From assembly GCF_030144855.1 (NCBI RefSeq), contig NC_082709.1, positions 128,774,001 through 128,838,000 on the forward strand: a stretch of DNA of 64,000 bases, read 5' to 3'. Every line of letters begins with the position of its first letter. Within the stretch, counting starts at the first letter, position 1. This DNA is from Hypanus sabinus. Taxonomy: Eukaryota. Under the pieces are notes generated by a model. The model did not search any database and was not told where the DNA came from. It worked only from the letters and a program-made list of their open reading frames with translations. This document shows positions 51,400 through 62,624 of this stretch, in pieces. The position numbers and the translations under genes were made by a program.

Positions 51400-52615
51400 C
51401 GCTTCCAGCTCTTTTAACTTAATTTCACGTTCCAACTTTAATTTCTCCACCTCTAACTGAACCGTCCCACTTGATGATACTTTGTGAGGGATATCTTCCA
51501 ATACCTCATCTTCAAACACATTCTTCTTAACATAATACTGAGCTATGGCCCTTCGTACCTCCCGCTTTTTCATGGACGACCTCACTTCTGTGAGGTTCAA
51601 CCCCTTCGCTAAATTTAACAAGTCTGATTTTGTGGCAGCCTCTAGCGCCCCCACCGTCGGGTTTTCCATAAATTCACCAACGTCCATCTTTGCTGGTTTC
51701 TCGTCTGGCTACCCGCGTAACCAGATTCAAGGTTTTGATTTACAAGCCCGATTCACTGGCCTCCCAATTTGGTGTCAAATCCCGAGACGAGAACCCCAAC
51801 TGCTACGAATCCCATAACTGGAGAACTTACCAGCAAAGATAGAGAGGTCCTTTGAAGTCTGATGTCACTATTTTCAAACGTTTTTATTGATAAAGGGACA
51901 CAAAAGTAGGGTTAATACATACATTCAGATAGTGTACATCGTCAACACTCAATCTGAAGCGTGGGTATAGTAATACTCATCATTAAGTGAGCTCTGCTGT
52001 TGTCAAGGGGTTAATACATTGTCCGTTGGAAATATAAAAGTCACTCAGAAAGTCTGCCGGCCTCAGCCCCTTTGAAAATCGCTGGGTTTCACGTGGGGGG
52101 ACTGAGAGAGAGAGATTGGGGGAGAAGAGAAAGAACTTGCCGAGTCTTGATGAAGCTTCCGTGAAATCGGGGGAGCGTTGGTTTCCTCTCCCTGATGTTA
52201 GTTAAAAGTGGTTTTCTGTGATTCCAGCCACAAATTCCAATCCCGGAATCTAACGCACGTGGCTTCCTTCAGAATGGCTTCCCGCTGCTGCGGGAACACT
52301 CTCACGTGTCTTCTTGGTGCGTCTGAGGGGGCTGTCCCCCTGAGACTCTCCTTTATACTTCCTCATGGGGTCGCAGGTGTCAATCAGGTTGGGATGATGC
52401 AATCTCTCTCTCAACCAGCCCACTTTGCACGAGGGCTTTTCATGTGATCTCCATGAGACAATAGTCGCTGTCGTCTTATTCTGTATCCCGGGTGGGACGT
52501 GCAATTTGGCACGTTTCGTTCTCCCTCTCACTTCCTGGGTCTAATGACCCCCCCCCCCCGCCCCTCAACGGGTGCTCTTGCGATTCTCACAAAGGAGGGG
52601 GCTGGGATCATAACA
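47538..52615 (-). mobile_element. LTR retroelement copy 2 (same gag-protease-only family)
   Basis: LTRs 47538-48348 and 51801-52615; 4-bp TSD atag; PBS 51779-51798; PPT 48349-48359. Confidence 0.95.
49598..51687 (-). pseudogene. gag: Gag-protease of copy 2; one frameshift in a (GA)n tract and a premature TAA
   Basis: ORFs 51292-51687 and 49598-51127 join across the microsatellite at ~51366-51396; same SCAN-like, CCHC and DTG motifs; stop at 49598-49600 is GAA in copy 1. Confidence 0.88.
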
Positions 52616-52849
52616 ATAGAAACCCATTAGCATGTTCAAGAAAGTTATAGGGTATGTGAGCATCATACAGAATCCTGTGCAGTGACCAGTTTCAAAATGA
52701 AAGGTTGGCTTCTTATACTGCTTTCCAAGATCACTAACATTCATTGAAATAGGCCCATTGAGTCTTCTCCTTCATTCAAATTGATTACAGCCAATCCTTT
52801 ATCACAGTACCATATTCTCACTCAACTCCTCATAGCTCTTGGTGTCTTC

Positions 52850-53000
52850 TGTCTTGGCAACACAGTAGTGCAGCAGTTAGCATTCTCTCACACCCAGGGA
52901 CTGCAATTCAAGTCTGACCTCTGCTGCTGTCTGTGTAGGGTTTATGTGTTTTTCCTGTACACGGCATGGTTATCTAGTTGATTCCTGAATCCCGATGATG
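52850..53000 (+). mobile_element. Decayed HE1-like SINE
   Basis: ggcaacacagtagtgcagcagttagca...caattcaagtctgacc...gctgtctgtgtagggttt. Confidence 0.55.
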
Positions 53001-53179
53001 TATTTTAGTTATTTAGTTGCTGTAAAATGAACAAAGAGGGGTTGATGGGCATCTGAGCCATTAATAGTTTGCAGGGCACCAGGGAGAGGGATTCATACCT
53101 GGTTAGAGCACTGTCTTGGGAACGAGCATCGCTTGAACATTTTCTTTCTGTGTCATATCAAGTAGCAAGTAACTATCAC

Positions 53180-53530
53180 CTCAAATTTTACTTCCCAGCC
53201 TATTCCAGTGGAGAATTCCACACGTTCAGTTCCCTTTCTGTCAAGAAATTTACACTTGTATCAGTCATAAAAGTCTTGTTCAGTATTCTGAGACTACAGT
53301 CCATAATTCTTGAATTCCTGCATTCAAGGCGTGTTAGAATTTTGTACAATTCAATGATGTTACCTCTCATTTTTCTGAACTCTTGTGAATGCAGGCATGG
53401 TTGACTCGATTGCTCCTCATATGACAATCCTGCTGTCTCAGGCATAATTAGAGAGAACCTTCATGACACTAAACTCTCTACAACTGTATGTGAGCAGCTG
53501 CAGCACATTTTCTAATTGGGACGAGACATT
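53180..53530 (-). mobile_element. Decayed CR1 3' fragment
   Basis: ORF 53200-53445 GLSYEE...EFRKMRGNIIELYKIL...NVWNS. Confidence 0.7.
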
Positions 53531-54699
53531 TAATATAACTCCAATAATTTTCTTCAATCTCTGTGGCTTATCTCTCCATGAATTATTCTGCATTCATTAG
53601 TAGTCACAGTGTAACTGTACTTGATTAGCCTCTGCAGAATATCTCCCAGAAGGCTTAATAGCACTTGAATGCCATGGTGACTTTTCTTTTTGAGTTTGCC
53701 ACTGAATGTTTGAAGCAAATGCCAATGTACCTCTGAATGTGTCATCTCTTGGTGTGAAGACCTATCAGTTGGGATGTACAAGGTCAGCATGGAGAAATGT
53801 TTTTCATATCCCCAGCTGCCACTCAGTGCCAATTGTAAACCTGCATGGGACAGATGTAATTATATATGTTCACAGAAGGATCTCTGGGATATTCTGAGGT
53901 GACTTTGAAAGTGTCTTGGTTTTTATTTTCTGTGAGAAGCTGACAGGCCAATTTTACTAAGTGTTGAGCATCTGTGAGCTGCTGATGCTGCTGTGCATGC
54001 AGTGCCGGGATTGAACCAGGAGAGGTATTGGTTTGTACAGCTTAATATCAGAAGCAGACAATGCAGATAGTTATCTGCTGAAACTGCGTAATATCTAAAT
54101 GGATTCATCATTGATTCATGTTGATGTTGCTTAAAGCAAGAATGATGACAGTATTCAATGCAAGAGGCTATAATATTTTCTACTCAGGGTACCACGATCT
54201 CTAACTCTCCCTGCTTTGTATTCACTTGGTGAGGAAAGATCTTATTTCAGAAATTAAGATTCAGGATTATTTTGCATTGACAGTCTTCGTTGACACACTG
54301 TTTCAGACCCATGCTCTTATGCACGCACACTGTGTGCTTTACTTGTTGTTGAATCTGAACACCTCTGCAAGATGGACCTCCGGCAGTTGAACGCACCAAT
54401 TTCTGTGAATTTGTTCACAAACTGAGTTTCAGCATGAAGCACCAGTGAGCTGGAGCGTTAATTTAGGCAGATTTTTGAGAGTGCAATGGCGGTAGCCCTG
54501 GAAGCTAACTTGTATTTCTCAGCATGTTCACTGGCTACCAATCAGATGAAGGAATCTGGCTAACTAACTATCATATTTTGCCTGAATTCACTTGAGATGA
54601 GGGAGTAGTTTTAAGAGTGTACTGCTCCTTATACTTTGCTCCTGTTATTGGTTTCCGTCAGTACAAAAGTGGATTCCAAGTACTTTGAAGTATTATTTA

Positions 54700-55260
54700 G
54701 GCTGGATTGAAGAAGTCTCTGCCCCAACTAGTATCACCGTATCACCTGCAATACTAGAGGACACACTTGACCAACTATCCTACTACCAACAATCATAGCT
54801 ACCTCACCCGCACTTTTGCAAATCCAACCTCCTGGCTGTGCTGCTTCTACCTGCACACGGTCAAAGAATAAAGAGCACAGCGTTGGCAAAGGGAACTAAG
54901 AAGAGCTGGATGGCAGATGTGGATGAGGAAATTCAGGACTGGACATGTTCAAGAATTTGTCAGATCACCTCGATGAACATACCACAGTGATCACTGTCTT
55001 ACTAGGGCTGTGTGCTTGAATAGGTATCCACAAAAATATTTTGTGTCTTCCCCAAACAGAAACCATGTTTGAACCAGGGCACTCATAATCTCCTGAGGGC
55101 TAGATCTGTGGCAATTAGGGCAGGTAATTTAGGATCATATAAGAAGTCCAGGTATGACCTCTAGAAGAGCATTGCGAATGCGTAGGGCCAATTTCAGACT
55201 AAACTGGATCACAGATAGACACTTGACGGCCGTGGCAAGGCTTGCAACCAGTTTCTACAG
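54700..55260 (+). mobile_element. Decayed Rex-Babar-type LINE internal fragment
   Basis: acacacttgacca..., tcttccccaaacagaaaccatg (FPNQKPW-like) and aagaagtccaggtatgacct segments. Confidence 0.55.
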
Positions 55261-55630
55261 GAATTCCCAGAGCTAATAACAAAACCTGCTGCACCCTGTT
55301 TTTTTTTGTAGGAGTTCCCTTTTGTTTTTCCAGGTTCTCTTTCTCCAATGCATCTATTTTGATGAATCCATCTTCCACACCAGTGCATCCTTGTGTATAT
55401 TCTTTTTGATTATTTTAAACTGCAGATTCCCTGAACTCTGACTGACTCTTCAACCAATGTCATTTCCTGTGCATCTCCACATCTCCCAGAAAAAGGAAAG
55501 AATTTTTCTTGACCACACCTTTCTCGGTTGAGACCTTTCAGCTGCACAAGACATTAGACAGGCCATATGTTCTGGTCACTACACTGTAGAAAGGATGGAG
55601 CAGAGCTAGAAAGAATGGAGAAGTTATTAC

Positions 55631-57318
55631 CACTACCAAGCACATCTTTCCCTCTCCCCCCTTTCTGCTTTCCGCAGGGATCACTCCCTACGCAACTCCC
55701 TTGTCCGTTCATCCCCCCCATCCCTTCCCACCGATCTCCCTCCTGGCACTTATCCTTGCAAGTGGAACAAGTGCTACACCTGCCCTTACACCCTCCCTCA
55801 CCACCATTCAGGTCCTTCCAGGTGAGGCGACACTTCACCTGTGAGTTGGCTGGTGTGGTATACTGCGTCCGGTGCTCCCGGTGTGGCCTTTTATATATTG
55901 GTGAGACCCGACGCAGACTGGGAGACCGTTTCGCTGAACACCTACGCTCTGTCCACCAGAGAAAGCAGGATCTCCCAGTGGCCACACATTTTAATTCCAC
56001 GTCCCATTCCCATTCTGATATGTTTATCCATGGCCTCCTCTACTGTTAAGATGAAGCCACACTCAGTTTGGAGGAACAACACCTTATATACCGGCTGGGT
56101 AGCCTCCAGCCTGATGGCATGAACATTGACTTCTCTACCTTCTGTTAATGCCCCTCCTCCCCTTCTTACCCCATCCCTGACATATTTAGCTGTTTGCCTG
56201 TTCTCCATCTCCCTCTGGTGCTCCCCCCCCCCACCCTTTCTTTCTCCTGAGGCCTCCCTGTCCCATGATCCTTTCCCTTCTCTAGCTCTGTATCCCTTTT
56301 GCCAATCACCTGTCTGGCTCTCAGCTTCACTCCACCCCCTCCAGTCTCCTATTGTTATGAAAGTACCACAGCTCTGAGGGGCCGAAGGGTGCGGGGTAGC
56401 CCCCTCCTTTGTGAGAATCGCAAGATCACTATTGATTTGGGTCAGGAGACCCAGGAAATGAGAGAGAGACGTGCGGAATGTCTTGTTCCCCCAGCAATAT
56501 AAAGCTAAGGGAAACAACCATTGTCTCTTGGAGACGAACTTGTGTATTGCAATACTGTGCTACGTGGAAGCCCTCAGGCAAAGTGGGCTGGTTGAGGGAG
56601 GGATTGCATCAACCCAACCTGATTGACATCTGAGACCCTGTGAGTCAGGGTAAAAGAGGGTCTGTGGGAACAGCCCCTCAGACACACCAGAAGAAATGCT
56701 AGCGATCCCGTAATAGCGGAAGCCGGTGGGGAGGCCACGTGCGTTCGGTTCCATTTGCCCCAGAACCGGTGCCCTTACCACGGAAAAACGGCTTTTAGCT
56801 ATCAACGGGGAAACCAACTCCCAACGACTCGAAGGATTGGCATCATAAAAGAACTGGGCAAGTTTTAACCTGTCTTTCTCTCAAACCCAAAATGCTGCAG
56901 CTTGAACCAACTAACAGTGACTTTTATATTTCCATCCAACAATACATTATCCCCTAGACAACGATAGAGCTATTTCTTATTGATTATTATTATACCCACG
57001 CTTTTAGATTTACTGTTGACGACGTATATTATCTGTATGTTTGCATTGATCTTATTTTTGTGTATCTTTATCAATAAATACTGTTAAAAATAGTACCATC
57101 AGACTTCAACGGACCTCTCTGTCTTTGCTGGTAAGTGACCCAGTTACGAGGTTCATAACACTATCATTTCACATTTTCCCCTCCCTCTCCTACTATCAAA
57201 TCTCTTACTATCTTTCCTTTCAGTTAGTCCTGACGAAGGGTCTCGGCCCGTAATGTCGACAGCACTTCTCCCTGTAAATGCTGCCTGGCCTGCTGCGTTC
57301 CACCAGCATTTTGTGTGT
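55631..57318 (+). mobile_element. Penelope-like element 3' part (GIY-YIG endonuclease plus tail), inside a CR1 fragment and interrupted by a solo LTR
   Basis: FTCELAGVVYCVRCSRCGLLYIGETRRRLGDRFAEH...PVATHFN (PLE GIY-YIG); hammerhead-like motif ~57225-57262; CR1 sequence stops at ~55630 and resumes at ~57319 (caccaggatattgcctgga). Confidence 0.88.
56353..57160 (+). mobile_element. Solo LTR related to the LTRs of copies 1 and 2 (different subfamily)
   Basis: TGTTA...TAACA; 4-bp TSD ctat; 3' part catcagacttcaacggacctctct is the reverse complement of the copy 1/2 LTR sequence; AATAAA at 57073-57078. Confidence 0.92.
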
Positions 57319-57790
57319 GTCACCAGGATATTGCCTGGAATAAAGACTTCAGTTTTAAAGAACCGATTGGATAAGCTGGTAGTGGTCTCATTGGAGAGCA
57401 GGAGGGCTCAGGGGTGACTTTATCAAAGTTTATAAAATTATGGGGGGGGGGGGGGAGATACAGATAGGGTAGATAGTCACAGTCAATTCCAAAAGTATGG
57501 AGTCTAAAACTAGGGTACATAGGTTTAAGGTGAGAAATGTGTGCAGGAGAACTGAGGAGCAAGTCTTTCTAGTAAGTGGTGGTGGATAAATGGAACAAGC
57601 TACTGGAGGAGGTCATAGGATTAGGTACAATCCAAATGTTTTAAAATGCATTTCAAAAGATATATGGATAGGAGAGGAATAGAGTGATGCAGGTCAAATG
57701 CAGAAGAAAAGGATTAATGTAGATTAACACCTCAGTCAGCATGGGCGAGTCAGATCCAATGGCCTGTTTCTGTCTTGTGTGACCCTGAGT
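57319..57790 (+). mobile_element. CR1 3' fragment (right half of the split element)
   Basis: ggagagcaggagggctcaggggtgactttatcaaagtttataaaattatg and tail ggcctgtttctgtcttgtgtgac. Confidence 0.7.
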
Positions 57791-59966
57791 TAGAAATCAT
57801 AGACTGATGTACTATTTTGTTAATCATTAACATGACAAATATAGTTAATGTGAGGCCCTAAGTGGACCAACTTTCAACCAAATTCAATCTTATAATTTGT
57901 ATCATGCTGTCTTTTTCATTACTTGTTATCTTTCTGAGGAAGTTATTTTTGCATCAGACAGGAGTCTATGTTCCCAAATGTCCGTGTCTATCTCCTTTAA
58001 ACCATTGAAATATTAGCAATGTAATCTCATAAATGAAGTAAATACTGTCATGGTGATTTGCATCAATACTCAATTACCTGTGTAATTTTTTTAAATGGAG
58101 CACTTGGTTTGACATTAGGATGCTAAACTTCAAAATACAAACTCATGAAATACAAAAAGTGAGTTCAGCATTTGATGGAATTACCAAGAAATTACCTTTC
58201 TCTAATAGATTTTAGTTTAACTAAAAGCTCACAAATATTTCCAGACATGAATATTTGAATTTCATTCAGCTTTACATTATTTTCAAAACACTTTTTATCA
58301 AAATAGAATCTGTTTCTCCCCCCCCCCCAACCACCACACACCCATTTAAGCCTGAAGGTATTAACAACTGAGAGGATTAAAAAAAAACATCCATAGTTGT
58401 AACAGTGTACTTTTCCATGTGTTGTATGTGTGCATGAGCACACATATCTCTCACTGATCCAACAGGGTTAGGGCAAGGGCTCTGAACACTTGAAATTGTA
58501 TTGGCGTTATCTGTTGTGAAATTTATAATGATGTGATTAATGGAGGCAAATTGTATTTAAATACCTTCTTTTTACATCTTTAATGTCCAGCTTCAGATTC
58601 TGGCTAATATTTTCTTTGATCCCATTCCTATTCCCAATCCTTGTCCTGATCACCAACTTGCTACATTATGGATCTTGTACATTGCTAGTGATCAAGTGGT
58701 CTTTGTAACCAAAACGCTGTATGTGAAAGGCCATTTTGAAATGAAGCCAGTGAAAGCTCCAAACCCGGATTCTTTCCTTCAGTCTCTTCTACTGTGTAGG
58801 TGGACTTGTAATGTCAAACAAGGTCCTTGAATTCATCCGTATAATTCTAATAGAAATTTTAAAAAAAAGTTATTGAGGGTCTTGCACTAACTGAAAGTTG
58901 TTTAGATTTTCCAAATGCTGAGGAAAAGCAGCCACCAAAAAGGGCTTGCAAATGTAGGCAGAGCATGCAGAAACAAGAACAAGTAGAAGGCTAGATAGAT
59001 AACTGATTATAATTCAGGAGAGCAAAGAGTAAATGCTGATTCTTCAATGGCAGGAGCTGCAAAGTGGGATCATGGTAGAATTAGTGTTGTTCATCATTTA
59101 CATGAGCAATTAACTTGCAATATCAAATGCATTTTACTAATTAGTGGATTGCATTGAATTGAAGTGGTGGTTTGTAATTGATGAATCTTAGAACTAAAGA
59201 CATTAAATACAGTGGAGGAGGAAAGGCATTTGGATTCAAGTGCACAAGTTAACATGACCCTGAATAAAAACAACCAAATAGTGAGGTTGATTTCAAAAGG
59301 GGGTGAATTCGTAGAGGAAATTAGATGTGAAACATGATGTTTCTGCTCTAAGCACAATGTACTGCTTTGGTTGCTATTTTATGAAAAGGATGCAGAAGCT
59401 CCAGAGTTGATGCAGAAATAATATGTAAGGACAGTACTAGAAATGCAAGATGAAGCTATTATGAAGTGATAAATGATAAGGTCTCCTTTGTCTTAGGAGG
59501 AAGGAAAGGGTTGAACTTTAACTAAAAAGAGTAAATGAAGTGAAAGATTTTGAATGATGGACACAGAGAAAAATGTTTTGACTTGTGAGGAAGATTGAAG
59601 TTACAAAACTCTCAATATCAGATGGTCACCAAGGAATCAAATAATAAGGAAGCACTTTTCCCAGAAAATGCTAGCCTGTTTTGATCAAAGAAACTGTTTG
59701 AGGTCACTTTTAAGCACAATAAACTGATAAAGGTGATAACAAAGAAGCTCTTGTAAGGAAGTGCTGGGTCAGATGAGATTTTTCTGTGTTGTGATCTTCA
59801 TCTAAACAGAGTGTCCTTCATCCCTGGACTACAGCCGAAGTTGGGAATCCCTATAGGATACCAGAACAAAATTGAAGCAAAGCAATGTTTTAACTGGGAA
59901 TAATTTGAAACTGTGGAGTCTGCCTTCTGTAAACAAAATCTTGTTTTAATTCTTTTTGTGTTGCAG

Positions 59967-60068
59967 ATTCTTGGAGCGAGATGGGCGGCCATTTGTAAAT
60001 GGACTGAGGAACGCTGGGTCCTATTGCAGGAGATCCTTTTTAAGTGGCAATATTTCACTGAGGAACAG
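59967..60068 (+). CDS. DMD: Dystrophin exon 14 equivalent
   Basis: ttgcag|ATT...CAG|gtatct; 102 bp; [34 protein letters not shown], closer to dystrophin RWVLLQDILLKWQ than to utrophin. Confidence 0.94.
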
Positions 60069-60189
60069 GTATCTCACCACCAATTACCTTTATCACATAT
60101 AATCTCTGTTCATCCTGAAGTAGATTACTGGTATTTCAGAATGATGCCATTTGATCTTGATATTTGGGTCTACCACTAGCCAGCCATAA

Positions 60190-60475
60190 TTCAGCAATTG
60201 CTCCTGGGTCTCCTCCTTCCCTTTCTCCTCCTACTGTCCAGTCTCCTCTCCTATCAGCTTCTTTCTTCTCTAACCCTTGACCTTTCCCACCCACCTAGCT
60301 TCACGAATCACCTTCCAGCTAGCATCTTTCCCCTCCCACTACCTTTTTATTTGGGCATCTTCCCCCTTCCTTCTCAGTCCTGAAGAAGGATCTTGGCCCG
60401 AAATGTCACCTGTTTACTCTTTTCCATAGATGCTGCCTAATCTGCTGAGTTCTGGCATTCAGAGTGTGTTGATTT
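60190..60475 (+). mobile_element. PLE 3' fragment in intron 14
   Basis: Pyrimidine-rich UTR, cagtcCTGAAGAaggatcttggcccGAAAtgtc motif, PLE tail. Confidence 0.75.
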
Positions 60476-61493
60476 GGTAGCGTTATTTATATTCCTTGCT
60501 CATTTATCCTCCTTTCCTAAATGCACCTCAATGCATCCAAGGAGTTCTTAAAACTATTTGTTTCCTTCCAGGTGATTCTAACAGAAATACAGGTTGGTGG
60601 AAGGAGATTTGAAGGATTACTGAGTAGATTTTAACATAGAATAGTGAAATCAATATCTATTTTAGAATGATATTGACTAATATTAGAGATCCTTGTAGCA
60701 CATCGTGACGATGAATGGGAATCTATGGTCATCCTGGCCAAAATTCCAAGTCCATCTATTTCAACAGATGATCTGGTCATGCATCTGAGTGAACTTTGTG
60801 CAACCTTGGTGGATAGGTAGGTTACCTAAATGAAGGTGGAACTATTTTGAGCTATTTTAGATGGGTGTAGTAAACTATTCTATATTTTATTCTTTGTCCT
60901 AAGGAAAAATAAAAAAAAACAAGCTATTCTCTGAATAAAGGTGTAAGGATACTTAGAGATGTGTAGAAAAAGCAACTTAAACAGTTATAGTTTACAATAC
61001 TGTATGATTTTACACTGATAGCAAAGCAATGCCAATCAGTTGTAAATTCATGGTATTTGGAGAAACTGCAATTACTCTTGTCTGTGACATCATTAGTGTT
61101 TCATTGTGGACAAATAAACAAAACCATTGGTAATTTATAACTATTTAGCATTGCTTCCCAGTCTTAGCTGTCAAAATCAGTTTTCTACTTTCCAGCTATA
61201 AGGCTGCAAATGAAAACCTCTGAACAGTATGATTCACCTTTGCTTGTCACCTCTTCTGAGCAGCTGGTTGAACCTTGAAAGCTAGCACGTGACAACTTAA
61301 GTGTAGAAACTTGAATCATCAGCACTGCTTAATTGGACAATGGTTGAATTTCTTAATTTACATGACATGTTGAGTGTTTGTGACAAAAATATGAGAACCA
61401 GGCACTAAGATATCTGGGCAAATAATAACATATATGATTGATTATTTTAGTTCATCTTCTTTAATGTTTTAATGCAAATGTTCTTCCTCTCAG

Positions 61494-61601
61494 TGCCTAT
61501 TTGATAAATGGTTGGCGGAGAAGGAAAAATCAGTGAGTAAGATTCAAACATCTGGTTTTGAAGATCAGAATGAGATGCTCACTAATCTGAGGAAATTAGC
61601 G
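61494..61601 (+). CDS. DMD: Dystrophin exon 15 equivalent (not in the ORF track)
   Basis: ctctcag|TGC...GCG|gtgagt; 108 bp; CLFDKWLAEKEKSVSKIQTSGFEDQNEMLTNLRKLA. Confidence 0.94.
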
Positions 61602-61999
61602 GTGAGTGCAATAATTATTGAAAGATGCTTCCATTCAGTGATGGTTTAATAATCATAATATCAAGTACCTGCAAGTTATTTTATCGAGTGGTTATGTCAA
61701 TTTTTCTTTTAGTTTGGGCAACCAAAACCACTGAATGTTGCTTTCTAGTCATTGAATAAATAAATTCTCAATTGTTGTTTGTTGTCAGTGGTAGATTTTT
61801 AACCCATTTATCATTATTTTCTTATTATAATACATCAAGGATAGATCTACAGTCCAATTTTATACCTCCATTCTGGTTACTTCATCCACTGATGACAGTC
61901 AGCTCCATTCCACCAATGCCTTTACTATCTTTACTAGTCTATATCCACTCTATAAATGGTCAGACTGCTCAGTTAATGTCCAGTTCCTAGATAAGTACA

Positions 62000-62624
62000 A
62001 AGGTTTCAAAGGTACATTTAATGTCAGAGAAATGTATACAATATACAACCTGAAATACTTTTTCTTCGCTACCATCCATGAAAACAGAGGAGTGCCCCAA
62101 AGAATGACTGACAGTTAAATGTTAGAACCTCAAATACTCCCCCCCCCAGCTTCCCCCCGCACATAAGCAGCAGCAAAGCAATGATCCCCCCCCCTCCCGT
62201 AAATAAAAAGCATCGGCACCCCCCACCAAACACTTAAGCGTACAGCAAAGCAACAGTAAAGAAACAGATTTTCAGTAACCCGAAGACTATTTGTTCACCA
62301 GGTAATTCGACATACCACAGGCTCTCTCTCTCTCTCCCTAATAAGGGAAAAGAGATGTCTCCGTTTCACAGCGAGAAGAGTGACATAACAAACAACTCGC
62401 TGATTTACAATGTTAAAAGTCAGTTGTGTTGCTTTTTTCAAGCTCTGTGTCAAAGAACTCGGGTCTCTGGGCACACAGCCAGAGATCTTCCGTCTCCCAC
62501 AACACACCGATTTTCTGCAGAGGCACTGACCTTTAGTCCGCCCACCTCCAGAGCCACGAAATCTCGAAACTCCAAAGGAAAGCTAATCTTCTCAGCCGCG
62601 TCCTTGGTATATCAAATAATGGCC
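62000..62624 (-). mobile_element. Interspersed repeat (LINE-tail-like), probably interrupted by the L1
   Basis: ttcaaaggtacatttaatgtcagag...atatacaacctga tail similar to the repeat starting at ~20890. Confidence 0.4.

Noticed and set aside
12645-61601. Utrophin (UTRN) as the host gene
   Set aside because: Exons 12-15 motifs ([40 protein letters not shown]) match dystrophin better; formal phylogeny not run.
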